Part shown: positions 34,603-43,866 of the stretch, in pieces
Position numbering within the stretch: the first letter of the stretch is position 1
Layout: every line of letters begins with the position of its first letter
Assembly: GCA_017644425.1 (NCBI GenBank)
Contig: JAEPLN010000002.1
Location: 41,268-105,267 of the forward strand
Direction of reading: 5' to 3'
Length of the DNA stretch: 64,000 bases
Source of the DNA: Prochlorococcus marinus CUG1433
Lineage (GTDB): Bacteria; Cyanobacteriota; Cyanobacteriia; PCC-6307; Cyanobiaceae
Made by a program: the position numbers and the translations under genes
The notes under the pieces: model-generated
The model's input: only the letters and a program-made list of their open reading frames with translations
What the model was told of the DNA's origin: nothing
Database searches by the model: none

Positions 34603-35832
34603 GTGATTAGTCCAAATAGTTTACAAATTAGCAAAAATTGGTGGATTCAATTTCCATATCATTTGAGGTTAATAACTAAGATAAGATTTTTCGCTGCATT
34701 TGGAGCAGGAGGTGTTATTTATTTAACATCACTTATTTTTAATAACCTAGGATTATCGGCAACAGATATTGGCTTAGGGTTTACCATTTCAGCAATAATT
34801 GGAACTGTAACAAGACTCTTTACAGGTAATTATCTTAATAAAACAGAGAAAATACAATTTCCAATAATTACATCTTCAATACTAAGTATTGCCGCTAGCT
34901 TATGCCTCATTTTTTCAAGAGATACTTTTTTGTACATAATTGGTCAATCACTTGTTGGAGCTGCTGCAGGAATATATTGGCCTGCTGCCGAGTTTGGGGT
35001 ACCCTATTTTTGTCATCCTATCGAAACACGCAAAGCTTACGCTCTTGTGAGAAGTTCGGAGGCTTTAGGAATATTTCTAGGGGTATTATTAGGGGGTTAT
35101 ATGACAAATTTTTTGTATTCTAAATCAATTTTTATTAATGATATATTTTGCATGTTAGCTATCACATATTTAATATCTAAAAATAGTTCTTCTATTAAAA
35201 GAAACTTAGAAAATTCCCAAAAAAAATTAGTAGATCCAATTAATCAGGAACAATTGAAATGGAATAAAAATTCAACAATAATAATTTTATCTATTTTATT
35301 GATTACTACCTCTTTAGCTCTGATCCAAGTAACTTTGCCTCTGGATCTTGTTAAGGGTGGAGTATATCGTAATGCATTAAGCAAAGAAATTATTAGTCTT
35401 ATAATTTCTATACAGTTAATTTTATTGTTGTTTTTACAATGGCCTATTGGATCTTGGATATCAAAAAAAGGGAGATTATTTGGGCTAAAATTTAGTTTGA
35501 TAAATTTCTCTTTCGCTTCATTTTTATTATTTATTTCTAGTTATTTAAATATCCCAGCTTTTTATTTAATTTCTTTTTCATTGATATTAGTAAGTTTAGG
35601 AACTGCTTCATTTCTTCCAACATCAACAGATATCGTCTTCAGAATAGCTCCTTCAAACAAAAAAGGTTTTGCACTTGCTCTATTATCACAATGTTTCGCT
35701 ATGGGTTATTTTTTTGGACCATTTATCTCGGGACGTATATTAGATCTATTTGGTTATGCTTCAGTAATCTGGCTATCCATTTCATTTGCTTGCTTTATAA
35801 TTTTTGTAATCCTATTTAAGAGATTATTTTAA
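34603..35832 (+). CDS. major facilitator superfamily transporter
   Basis: 409 aa with about 12 hydrophobic helices in a 6+6 layout around a central hydrophilic loop. Confidence 0.8.
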   Translation: MISPNSLQISKNWWIQFPYHLRLITKIRFFAAFGAGGVIYLTSLIFNNLGLSATDIGLGFTISAIIGTVTRLFTGNYLNKTEKIQFPIITSSILSIAASLCLIFSRDTFLYIIGQSLVGAAAGIYWPAAEFGVPYFCHPIETRKAYALVRSSEALGIFLGVLLGGYMTNFLYSKSIFINDIFCMLAITYLISKNSSSIKRNLENSQKKLVDPINQEQLKWNKNSTIIILSILLITTSLALIQVTLPLDLVKGGVYRNALSKEIISLIISIQLILLLFLQWPIGSWISKKGRLFGLKFSLINFSFASFLLFISSYLNIPAFYLISFSLILVSLGTASFLPTSTDIVFRIAPSNKKGFALALLSQCFAMGYFFGPFISGRILDLFGYASVIWLSISFACFIIFVILFKRLF

Positions 35833-36200
35833 TTAATCTTTTCTAATTCAATAATTCTTCTCTCTCTTAAAAATAAGAAAAAAGGTGCAGAGAATGCGAA
35901 TGCTATAAGAAAAGTTCCAATGTATACAACCCACATATTCTTCATGTTTAGTTTTTTTGATTCATTTACTATCCATATAAAAATAGCGCTTGCACCTACT
36001 AATAAGTCTCTAGAAATTGACTGAGCTGCGGGGTTTGCATTCGCTAAAGAAATGAAGTTATTTATATCAAAGCTGTTTCCATATTCCCTAGCAAATTCGA
36101 AATTTGCCATCATTGGAAGGACAGCACCCAAAATTGATAGAAAAAGGTAAAGATAAGATAGTATCTGTTTATTATCTTTTAAAATGTTAAATGAATTCAC
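35829..36200 (-). CDS. small integral membrane protein (DUF2834-like)
   Basis: 123 aa with 4 TM helices. Family assignment from memory only. Confidence 0.5.
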   Translation of the reverse strand: MNSFNILKDNKQILSYLYLFLSILGAVLPMMANFEFAREYGNSFDINNFISLANANPAAQSISRDLLVGASAIFIWIVNESKKLNMKNMWVVYIGTFLIAFAFSAPFFLFLRERRIIELEKIN

Positions 36201-36241
36201 TTGTCAGAAATATTTCTTTTAATAATAGTATTTAAAATCTT

Positions 36242-37111
36242 ATGTTTGTTGAAAAGAATAATAAAGTTGAAGACTATAAATTCAAAAAAGGAAATTTAAA
36301 TTTTGCTGTTGTTGGTCATGTTGAGTGGATAAATTTCTTAAAGGTCGATCAATTACCAAAACCAGGCGTTATTTCTCATTCTGAAAAATCTCTTGAGTAT
36401 CCAGCTGGTGGTGGCTCCATTATCGCAAAAATACTTTCTGATTTAACTTTAAACCAAATTCATTTTTTTACGTCATTAGGTAATGATGATTATGGAGAAA
36501 ACTGTTTCAAGATTCTTTCAAATATGGGAATAAATTTGCATGTCGCTTGGCGTGACAAGCCAACTAGAAGAGGTTTTAGTTTGATTGATTCTCAAGGTGA
36601 AAGAGCAATAACAGTTATTGGAGAAAGGTTAGCACCAACTCATAAAGACAATTTAGAATGGAACATTTTAAAAAAAATGGACGGAATTTTTATTACCGCA
36701 TCTGATTCAGAGATTTTTAAAATAGCTAGATCAGCTTCAATACTGTGTACAACACCAAGGGTGGGTTTAAATACAATTAATAAATCAAATATCCTTTTAG
36801 ATGGATTAATAGGCAGTAATCTTGATCCAGGGGAAGCTTTTTCTTTTTCTGATTTATCTTTAAAACCCAAATATACTTTTAAAACCGAGGGAGAGAAGGG
36901 AGGCATAATATTTCCAGGAGGAAGATATGAGGCTCTTAAAAATAAAAAATTAAAGGTTGATTCTTATGGATGTGGCGATTCTTTTGCTGCTGGTATTCTT
37001 TATGGGATGGCATCTAAATGGGATATAGATAAAAGTTTAAATCTTGCTAAAGTAATGGGAAGAGACGCTAGTGAATTTTTCGGCCCATATGCAAATAATG
37101 ATGAAAGATAA
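36242..37111 (+). CDS. PfkB-family carbohydrate kinase
   Basis: 289 aa. GGGS anion-hole region (YPAGGGSII) and C-terminal ATP/catalytic motif GCGDSFAAG. Confidence 0.8.
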   Translation: MFVEKNNKVEDYKFKKGNLNFAVVGHVEWINFLKVDQLPKPGVISHSEKSLEYPAGGGSIIAKILSDLTLNQIHFFTSLGNDDYGENCFKILSNMGINLHVAWRDKPTRRGFSLIDSQGERAITVIGERLAPTHKDNLEWNILKKMDGIFITASDSEIFKIARSASILCTTPRVGLNTINKSNILLDGLIGSNLDPGEAFSFSDLSLKPKYTFKTEGEKGGIIFPGGRYEALKNKKLKVDSYGCGDSFAAGILYGMASKWDIDKSLNLAKVMGRDASEFFGPYANNDER

Positions 37112-37127
37112 TTGAACTAATACTTTT

Positions 37128-37325
37128 ATGAGCAACTTAGAAAATAAAAATAAAAATAAAAATATTCTTGTAGAGAACCTTATTCTTTTCTTCTTATTTA
37201 CTGTCTTTTTAGTTTTTAAATCTTTAAAAACTTTATCTAGAATCTTTACTTATGGAATCTTAAAAAAAGAAATATTAACTACTAAAAGTAACTTAGGCGT
37301 AGATATTAAAATAAAAATTAAATAG
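37128..37325 (+). CDS. hypothetical small membrane protein
   Basis: 65-aa ORF with one hydrophobic helix and a low-complexity NKNKNKN N-terminus. Confidence 0.3.
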   Translation: MSNLENKNKNKNILVENLILFFLFTVFLVFKSLKTLSRIFTYGILKKEILTTKSNLGVDIKIKIK

Positions 37326-37328
37326 GTA

Positions 37329-37682
37329 ATGAATATATTTTTAGTTTTTCTAATTTTTGGAGTTATTTTTTTGGTCTACAAAAAAATAAAATCCAAACAT
37401 CCAAAGAACTTAAAATTAGACAAATTTAAAAATAAACTGCAGAGCACGCAAACAAATATTGAGAGAATTTTTTTAAGAGAGGAAGAAAAAACCTTTTCAA
37501 ATCCTAATATAAATATTTATATTGGAATTTATGATAACGAAGAAAATATAAATAGAAAATCCAATATACACAGAGCAAGACTTTCAAAATATAAGAAATC
37601 CAAATTAAATGGTGAGATGATATTTCAAGATGAAGAACAAAGGATTTATAAATTTAATAATGGTAAGAAAGTTTACTTATAA
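37329..37682 (+). CDS. hypothetical protein with N-terminal TM helix
   Basis: 117-aa ORF. No family recognised. Confidence 0.4.
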   Translation: MNIFLVFLIFGVIFLVYKKIKSKHPKNLKLDKFKNKLQSTQTNIERIFLREEEKTFSNPNINIYIGIYDNEENINRKSNIHRARLSKYKKSKLNGEMIFQDEEQRIYKFNNGKKVYL

Positions 37683-37690
37683 TTTTAGTG

Positions 37691-38224
37691 CTAACTACAC
37701 TCAAGACTTTCTCTAGTTGAAACGCCTGTTGTTGGATTTATACCATCCGCAATTTCACAAAGATTTCTTTGGTCTTCGCTGTCAAGAATAGCGTAAGAAA
37801 AATCTGCTCCTTCTATTTGAGCTCCTGCAAAACTGCTGCCTGATGCGATCATATTTATTAAAACAGCATTTCTAAGATCTGTTTTTTGGAAATTAACTCG
37901 ATCAGAAAGAGTATCGGTCAGGTCGATTCCATTTAAATTAGAACCTTTTAAATCCGAAAGGGTTAGGGTAGTTCCATGTAAATCAACATCACTAAAATCT
38001 GCGTCTCGTGCAACAGCTCCAGCTATAGAAGACAAATGAAGATCCTCTCCATGAAAATCAAATCCTGTAATATTAGCTCTAACATAACTTGGAACTTCAT
38101 CTCCCTCGCCCTTAACAGCTACATTTGCCCCAGCAAAAACTGGAGAGGATAAAACTAAGAAAGAAAAAGTTATACATAAAAAATATTTTAAAAAACTAAA
38201 AAATTTCATACCCAAAAATTTCAA
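37691..38224 (-). CDS. pentapeptide-repeat protein with signal peptide (lumenal/periplasmic type)
   Basis: 177 aa. Contiguous A(D/N)LxX-type repeats ([30 protein letters not shown]...). Confidence 0.85.
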   Translation of the reverse strand: MKFLGMKFFSFLKYFLCITFSFLVLSSPVFAGANVAVKGEGDEVPSYVRANITGFDFHGEDLHLSSIAGAVARDADFSDVDLHGTTLTLSDLKGSNLNGIDLTDTLSDRVNFQKTDLRNAVLINMIASGSSFAGAQIEGADFSYAILDSEDQRNLCEIADGINPTTGVSTRESLECS

Positions 38225-38292
38225 TATTATTATTTTATAACAATTAGATAATTTTTTAAATTGATGTGTAAATTTGGGACTCCTTTTTAAGA

Positions 38293-38814
38293 TTATTTAA
38301 CACTGTAAATTTTAAATCTAGGTTCTAGATTGGTTATACAATCAAGAAGTTTTTTGTTATCTTTGCTATTCGTAACTTTGAATTCAGATTCAACTGTACC
38401 GCCCTCATCTCTAATGGCTTGATTTAAAACTATGGAACCGTTTCCGTCAGATACTGATCTATGAAAAGTTCCTCTAGGTATTCTTAAAATATATCCACAA
38501 GACTCTAATCTAACTTTATAAAAAGGATAATCCCAACCAAAATTAACAAGGAAAAATGTTCTACCCCCAGAGATAGCTAATAGATTATCTTCTTGATTGT
38601 GATGTATGTAAAATTGCCAATTATTAAATTCTTCTTCATTTGGAGGGCTAACCGCAGGACCACTGTGAATAACTAGATCTCTGTAATTTGATTCATTAAC
38701 ACTAATATCAAAAAATCTGACATCTTTTGTATCGCGAAATTTTTCATAACTTATCAATTCAAACATTTTTGATTTGTTTGATTTGATAACTGGGATTTCT
38801 AAACTTGAGTTCAA
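38293..38814 (-). CDS. hypothetical protein, possibly cupin-like beta-barrel
   Basis: 173-aa ORF, co-directional and 124 nt downstream of the transglutaminase gene. FYIHHNQED ... [10 protein letters not shown] is reminiscent of cupin motifs (weak, by eye). Confidence 0.5.
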   Translation of the reverse strand: MNSSLEIPVIKSNKSKMFELISYEKFRDTKDVRFFDISVNESNYRDLVIHSGPAVSPPNEEEFNNWQFYIHHNQEDNLLAISGGRTFFLVNFGWDYPFYKVRLESCGYILRIPRGTFHRSVSDGNGSIVLNQAIRDEGGTVESEFKVTNSKDNKKLLDCITNLEPRFKIYSVK

Positions 38815-38938
38815 TTTTCTTCAAAGATTAAACAAATGAAAACAGATATATTTCTCTAAGAACGTATCAATTAACACTAAAAAAGAAAAAATATTTTCAT
38901 TTATTTTTTTTGGTTTTAAAAGATTAAAGATTTAACTT

Positions 38939-39796
38939 TTATTTAATCTCAATAGGTTTGATTTCCCAGGATAAAGTATTTTCTAAATTATTTTTTCCTA
39001 TAAAGTTCCCAGTAATTACAGAGGTCAAATTAGATTTGGAAGATGATACCAATGTTAAATATCTTTCGTCTATTAATCCTTTTCCGCTTGGATCAAAACC
39101 TCTCCAACCAGCACCTGGAATATATAATTCGGCCCAAGCATGTAAATCTAACTCGGCGGGCAACGGATCTTCAAAATGATAACCACTTACAAACCTACTT
39201 GGGATACCAATAGACCTACAAGCTTCAACCATCAGCATCGCTAAATCTCTACATGAACCTATGCGCTCTCTTAGTGTTCTGCTAGCAGGCCATGCTGGAC
39301 CCGTGTGTCTTTTAGTATATTTAACCCGATCTTGAATGATCTCTATTAGCTGGTAGGTAAATGATAATGCGTTATTAATGCTTCCTGCTAAAGCTTCTTG
39401 AGCAAGTTCCACTGCAGAGGGATCGTGTTGTCCATTTGGCATCCACCCCTCTAGTGCGCCTTGTAAATCTCTGTTAATAATACTTCTACAAAAAGGTAAT
39501 GTTAAATCTCTATTTTTAACCCCGTCAATAATGTTTGGATTTTTAATAGTTTCAACTTCGCTAATTGATTCAATAATTAAATTATCTGTTAATCCATTAA
39601 ATCTGATTCTATTAATCTCTTCTCCGCTAGCTGCAAGAAGGGGATAAATAATTTCTGGTTCTGGGGTTATTTTTAATTCAAAATTCTTTAGCTTTTGAAA
39701 TCCATTTGACCTTGGCTTTATACATAATCTGTGTTCTCCCAATTGAACAGGTTCTGCGTATTTATATTCAAGTTTGTGAATGTATTTAATTCTCAT
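38939..39796 (-). CDS. transglutaminase-like cysteine protease/ligase (Bact_transglu_N plus transglutaminase core)
   Basis: 285 aa. Cys-His-Asp triad contexts GSCRDLA, DLHAWAE, RGFDPS. Confidence 0.85.
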   Translation of the reverse strand: MRIKYIHKLEYKYAEPVQLGEHRLCIKPRSNGFQKLKNFELKITPEPEIIYPLLAASGEEINRIRFNGLTDNLIIESISEVETIKNPNIIDGVKNRDLTLPFCRSIINRDLQGALEGWMPNGQHDPSAVELAQEALAGSINNALSFTYQLIEIIQDRVKYTKRHTGPAWPASRTLRERIGSCRDLAMLMVEACRSIGIPSRFVSGYHFEDPLPAELDLHAWAELYIPGAGWRGFDPSGKGLIDERYLTLVSSSKSNLTSVITGNFIGKNNLENTLSWEIKPIEIK

Positions 39797-39807
39797 TAAT
39801 AAACCAT

Positions 39808-40749
39808 TTAATTAATAAAATATTTTTCTTGAATGAGAACATTTAGTTTATTCAAATCCATTTGCAATGAATCGATTGCTTCATGTAAACCATGATTGAT
39901 TATATCTTCAATTCTGATATAACTCCACTTTGCTTGAAGCAAACCTCTCATGCACTCTAATTCTGAAGGATTTTCAGTAGATGGAGAGGTATCTATCGTT
40001 TTAAGTGTATTACTTATCCCATCAAGACAGTATCTTACTGATCTGGGAAAAATTGGATCAAGTAAAAGAAATTTTGCAACTGAATTAGGCTTTATAGAAT
40101 TTTGTACAGCTTTCCTAAACATTTGATAGGCACCAGCTGAACGTAAAAGAGCAATCCATTGCAGCTCATCAAGAACTCCGCCAAGTTCATCTAAGCTGGG
40201 TAAGAGTAAATAATATTTAACATCTAAAATTCTCGATGTTTTGTCAGCTCTTTCGATTAATCTTCCAAGAATGCTGAATCTCCATGCAAGATCTTTGCTT
40301 AGAGTTGCATCTGTAATTCCATAAAAAAGCTGACATTCCCTTCTTATTTCACTTAATTGTTCTTGTCTTGGTTTATTCCATATTGCCTCTCCTTCTTGCA
40401 TATTCCAATATAAAATATTAATCTGTTCCCACATTTCGGTGGTCATGACATCTCTGATTTGTCGTGCATTTTCTCTTGCCATTTGAATGCAAGAAATTAT
40501 ACTGTTTGGGTTTAAACGATCTCTTATTAAAAAATTAATAACGTCATCAGGTTTTTTCTCTGGGAATCTTTTATCAAAAGATTCTCTATCACTTGAAGCA
40601 TCAATTAATGGGAGCCAAGGTTCTGCACTCCCTGGTGGACAATCTAATGACATTGCTTCACTAACTTCCACGAAACGAGATATGTTCTCTGCACGTTCTA
40701 AATAACGATTGATCCAATAAAGGGATTCTGCTACACGACTCAAAAGCAT
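39808..40749 (-). CDS. alpha-E domain protein (DUF403)
   Basis: 313 aa, all-helical. N-terminus MLLSRVAESLYWINRYLERAEN is the characteristic alpha-E start. Confidence 0.85.
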   Translation of the reverse strand: MLLSRVAESLYWINRYLERAENISRFVEVSEAMSLDCPPGSAEPWLPLIDASSDRESFDKRFPEKKPDDVINFLIRDRLNPNSIISCIQMARENARQIRDVMTTEMWEQINILYWNMQEGEAIWNKPRQEQLSEIRRECQLFYGITDATLSKDLAWRFSILGRLIERADKTSRILDVKYYLLLPSLDELGGVLDELQWIALLRSAGAYQMFRKAVQNSIKPNSVAKFLLLDPIFPRSVRYCLDGISNTLKTIDTSPSTENPSELECMRGLLQAKWSYIRIEDIINHGLHEAIDSLQMDLNKLNVLIQEKYFIN

Positions 40750-40750
40750 A

Positions 40751-42184
40751 TTATTTACCTACGACCCATGTATCTTTGCATCCTCCCCCTTGAGAAGAAT
40801 TGACGACTAATGAGCCTTTTTTTAATGCTACCCTCGTAAGCCCACCAGGGCTAACCCATGAATCTTTTCCTCTCAAGATATACGGTCTTAAATCAACATG
40901 ACATGGATATAATTCCCCATCGCATAACGATGGCACAGTAGATAATTCTAATGTTGGTTGTGCTATGAAATTTCTAGGATTATTTTTAATTTTATTAGCG
41001 AATTCTTCTATTTCAGATGTTGTTGAGTGAGGGCCAATTAACATTCCATAACCACCAGCTTCTGCGACAGACTTAACAACAAGTTTTGATAAATTTTCTA
41101 GAACATATTCTCGATCCTTTTGGTAATGACAAATATACGTTTCTACATTTTTAATAATAATTTCTTCATCAAGATAATATTTAATCATTTTTGGAACAAA
41201 AGAATAAATCATTTTGTCATCTGCTATTCCAGTCCCAGGTGCATTTGCTAAAGCTACATGACCTGCTTTAAAAACATCAAGTAATCCGCTAACACCAAGG
41301 CAGGAATCTTTTCTGAAATTAAGAGGATCTAAGAAATCATCATCAATTCTTCTATAAATGACATCTACTCTTTTTAATCCAGAGGTGGTTTTTAAATATA
41401 CATAATCATCATTACAAACTAAGTCATGACCCTGGACTAGTTGGATACCCATTTCTTGAGCTAAATAACTATGTTCAAAATAAGCACTATTAAAAATTCC
41501 AGGAGTAAGTAGAACTATCTTGGGTGTATCTGTCCAAACTGCAAGTTCTTGCAGCGTTTTTAAAAGATATGATGGATATTCATCAATTGGTTTTACTATT
41601 CTTCCTGAGAAAAGATTAGGAAAAATATTTTTCATAACTAATCTATTTTCTAAAAAATAGGCAACCCCAGAAGGGCACCTTAAATTATCTTCTAAAATAT
41701 GCCAATCTCCTTCCCTATCCCTTATTAAGTCAAGTCCTGAAATTTGACACCATTTATTTAAAGGAGGTTTGAAACCTATCATCTGAGGTCTCCAACCTTC
41801 TGAACTCTCTATTAATTCTCTTGGAATTATTCCATCATTAATTATTTTTTGAGAATTATAAATATCATCTAGGAATAAATCAATTGCCTCAAGCCTTTGT
41901 TCTAGTCCTTTTTCTAACGTTACCCAATCATCTTTACTAATTATTCTAGGAAGTGGATCAAAAGGTAATATTCTCTCAGTACCTTTTAACCCTGTATCAT
42001 TTAATCTGAAAGTTGCACCATGTCTTAGTAATAATTTTTTTGCGGCAGAATGATTCCTGTTTAATTCTTCAAGACCCATATTATCTAATGAGGAAAGAAG
42101 TGGAATCAATATTTCTCTAGCAGAGTTAACATTATCCTTAAAGTATTCATCAAAACTATTTTTAGGTTGATAACTTGAAAACAT
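40751..42184 (-). CDS. circularly permuted type-2 ATP-grasp protein (DUF404/DUF407)
   Basis: 477 aa, ending 1 nt before the alpha-E gene start. Typical family size and pattern (from memory), as in the three-gene operon. Confidence 0.85.
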   Translation of the reverse strand: MFSSYQPKNSFDEYFKDNVNSAREILIPLLSSLDNMGLEELNRNHSAAKKLLLRHGATFRLNDTGLKGTERILPFDPLPRIISKDDWVTLEKGLEQRLEAIDLFLDDIYNSQKIINDGIIPRELIESSEGWRPQMIGFKPPLNKWCQISGLDLIRDREGDWHILEDNLRCPSGVAYFLENRLVMKNIFPNLFSGRIVKPIDEYPSYLLKTLQELAVWTDTPKIVLLTPGIFNSAYFEHSYLAQEMGIQLVQGHDLVCNDDYVYLKTTSGLKRVDVIYRRIDDDFLDPLNFRKDSCLGVSGLLDVFKAGHVALANAPGTGIADDKMIYSFVPKMIKYYLDEEIIIKNVETYICHYQKDREYVLENLSKLVVKSVAEAGGYGMLIGPHSTTSEIEEFANKIKNNPRNFIAQPTLELSTVPSLCDGELYPCHVDLRPYILRGKDSWVSPGGLTRVALKKGSLVVNSSQGGGCKDTWVVGK

Positions 42185-42321
42185 ATTTTTTATCGTTTAA
42201 TAATTTTTACTTTAGCTTTTTATCTTTATTCGTATTTATGGCTACCAAAAATAATATCTCTTGACTCGATCTATATCATTATTTTGATCATTGAAGTATA
42301 TTTCTTAAAAATCTAAAAGGT

Positions 42322-42558
42322 ATGAGTTCTAGTAATTGGCAATTTGTTTTTTTTAGATATTTCGCAAGCTTTCTTTTTATTCTCTCTCATAGTTTGCTGG
42401 TTCTTGATCATTTACCTGTAGGGGCAGCACTTCACGGACTTGGTGAAGTTTTTATTGCGCCTTGGGCTTTTAGGGAAAGAGCATGGGATCTTGTTGTTAT
42501 CGCAGTTTTATTTTTCTTCTTTGATATCTGGGGACTGATAAACACTCCATGGAATTAA
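42322..42558 (+). CDS. hypothetical small membrane protein
   Basis: 78-aa ORF with 2 hydrophobic helices. Confidence 0.4.
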   Translation: MSSSNWQFVFFRYFASFLFILSHSLLVLDHLPVGAALHGLGEVFIAPWAFRERAWDLVVIAVLFFFFDIWGLINTPWN

Positions 42559-42579
42559 CTGGTATTATTTATTTACTTA

Positions 42580-42822
42580 TTGTGGGAAATGATATTAATT
42601 ATGAAATCTTATTTTCGTCAAATTTATAAAATAATTTTTCTTTTACTAATTTCAAATATTTCTAATTTATATGCACATAATTTAATTAATGGCGGTTGCA
42701 AAAACCATTGTGGGCAAAAAGTTGAAGTAATAATTAATAAAAACAAATTAAAAAATATTGATGATCAAATAAATATTGAGAGTAAAAATTCTTGTTTAAA
42801 TAAATCACTTTGTAGAGGTTGA
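42580..42822 (+). CDS. hypothetical secreted Cys-containing small protein
   Basis: ORF-track start is TTG. The ATG at 42601 (MKSYFRQIYKIIFLLLISNISNLYA...) gives a clean signal peptide. 4 Cys in the mature part. Confidence 0.4.
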   Translation: MWEMILIMKSYFRQIYKIIFLLLISNISNLYAHNLINGGCKNHCGQKVEVIINKNKLKNIDDQINIESKNSCLNKSLCRG

Positions 42823-42836
42823 CCTCTCGATATTTT

Positions 42837-43121
42837 TTAAATTTTTTTTGAAAATGTCTCTTTGATAATTATCATTAAAGTAACATTTGCTTGATAATTT
42901 TTATTAGGAGGATTTATTTGATTTTTAATTAAAAAAATAAAAGTATATATCAACGGTAAAAGTAATGATGACGCTGCAACTAAAGCAATTATCTGGTTCA
43001 ACCTAATAAATGGTTTTTTTACAAGATCCTCTCCGCACAAGCCACAAATTAAATTTCCTTTTGAGGATTGTCTTTGAAATTGATATTTAGGATTGCAATA
43101 TGGGCAATAATATCGAACCAT
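42837..43121 (-). CDS. zinc-ribbon protein with C-terminal TM helix
   Basis: 94 aa. CPYC-x17-CGLC followed by one hydrophobic helix. Confidence 0.5.
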   Translation of the reverse strand: MVRYYCPYCNPKYQFQRQSSKGNLICGLCGEDLVKKPFIRLNQIIALVAASSLLLPLIYTFIFLIKNQINPPNKNYQANVTLMIIIKETFSKKI

Positions 43122-43181
43122 TTTTAAATTTTATTTCTTTAATCATTATCTATAAAACTAGAATAAAGTCATCTTAAAAAA

Positions 43182-43207
43182 AAGAGGGCTTATTTAAGCC
43201 CTCTTTT
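43182..43207. terminator. bidirectional rho-independent terminator hairpin
   Basis: AAGAGGGCTTA/TAAGCCCTCTT inverted repeat. It is flanked by A8 (43176-43183, read as U8 on the minus strand) and T4 on the plus strand, so it is stronger for minus-strand transcripts. Confidence 0.7.
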
Positions 43208-43677
43208 ATCTCTTACTTATATTTTTTACTGAAGTTAATAACGCACCTAAATCATGGATCCTTGTTGCTAACTTCTATTAAGCTAATGCTCACCAAAATT
43301 AACTAATTGTCTTTAACTGGGGCAAAAACTCTAGAATTAAGCTTGTTTCTTAAAGGGCACCTAAACGATGCAGAAGAAGGAAGCTTAGACATTAATAAAA
43401 AATAATTGGAGCAGTTAATTAAATTAGTTCGGTTTATTCCGAAATTTCAGGCAGGCTATCGATCATTTTGAAAGACCCCCTAGAACTCAACAATATAAAA
43501 TTAGGAAAATATTTCTCTAATGACAATCCGTTTTTATACGCATTGCTTTTTAATTAAAAATGTCCGAGAGTAGTAATCAATCGTGCTAATTTTTTGAGAT
43601 ATTTTTAGTAAGTTTTGCTTATTTCTTTTGATATTTAATTCGTCTATCTTAATTTTAAATAATCGAGGAACTCTTTT

Positions 43678-43833
43678 ATGAATCATTCGAAAGAAGTTAT
43701 TAAAGCTGATCAATCTAATCCTATAGACGAATATTTTCAATGTCTCTCATATTGCGATATTCACCCAAAAGGTATAGATAATGACTGTGAAGTCATCTGT
43801 ATGGAAAGACATTTAAAAGCTAACTATTGGTAG
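43678..43833 (+). CDS. unannotated 51-aa Cys-rich mini-protein
   Basis: Below the ORF-track cutoff. GAGGAA precedes the ATG by about 7 nt. Translation MNHSKEVIKADQSNPIDEYFQCLSYCDIHPKGIDNDCEVICMERHLKANYW has 4 Cys in C-x3-C ... C-x3-C spacing and a normal amino-acid composition. Confidence 0.5.
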   Translation: MNHSKEVIKADQSNPIDEYFQCLSYCDIHPKGIDNDCEVICMERHLKANYW

Positions 43834-43866
43834 TTTGAATTATTTTATTTTCCTGCTTAAATTCCT

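Noticed and set aside
43136-43156. TTTAATCATTATCTAT upstream of the zinc-ribbon gene as a third Zur box
   Set aside because: Only about 10 of 15 positions match the 47909 box and the palindrome is poor. It cannot be told apart from AT-rich background.
43357-43390. GAAGAAGGAAGC segment reminiscent of the SRP (4.5S) RNA GGAA-loop region
   Set aside because: The flanks cannot form the conserved domain-IV helix with symmetric and asymmetric loops. The similarity is limited to a purine-rich word.
43534-43740. 68-aa minus-strand ORF (MKIFVYRIRLISFNNFF...)
   Set aside because: It is K/I/F/R-rich AT-driven sequence. It overlaps the start of the more protein-like plus-strand 51-aa Cys-rich ORF and has no RBS-like sequence.
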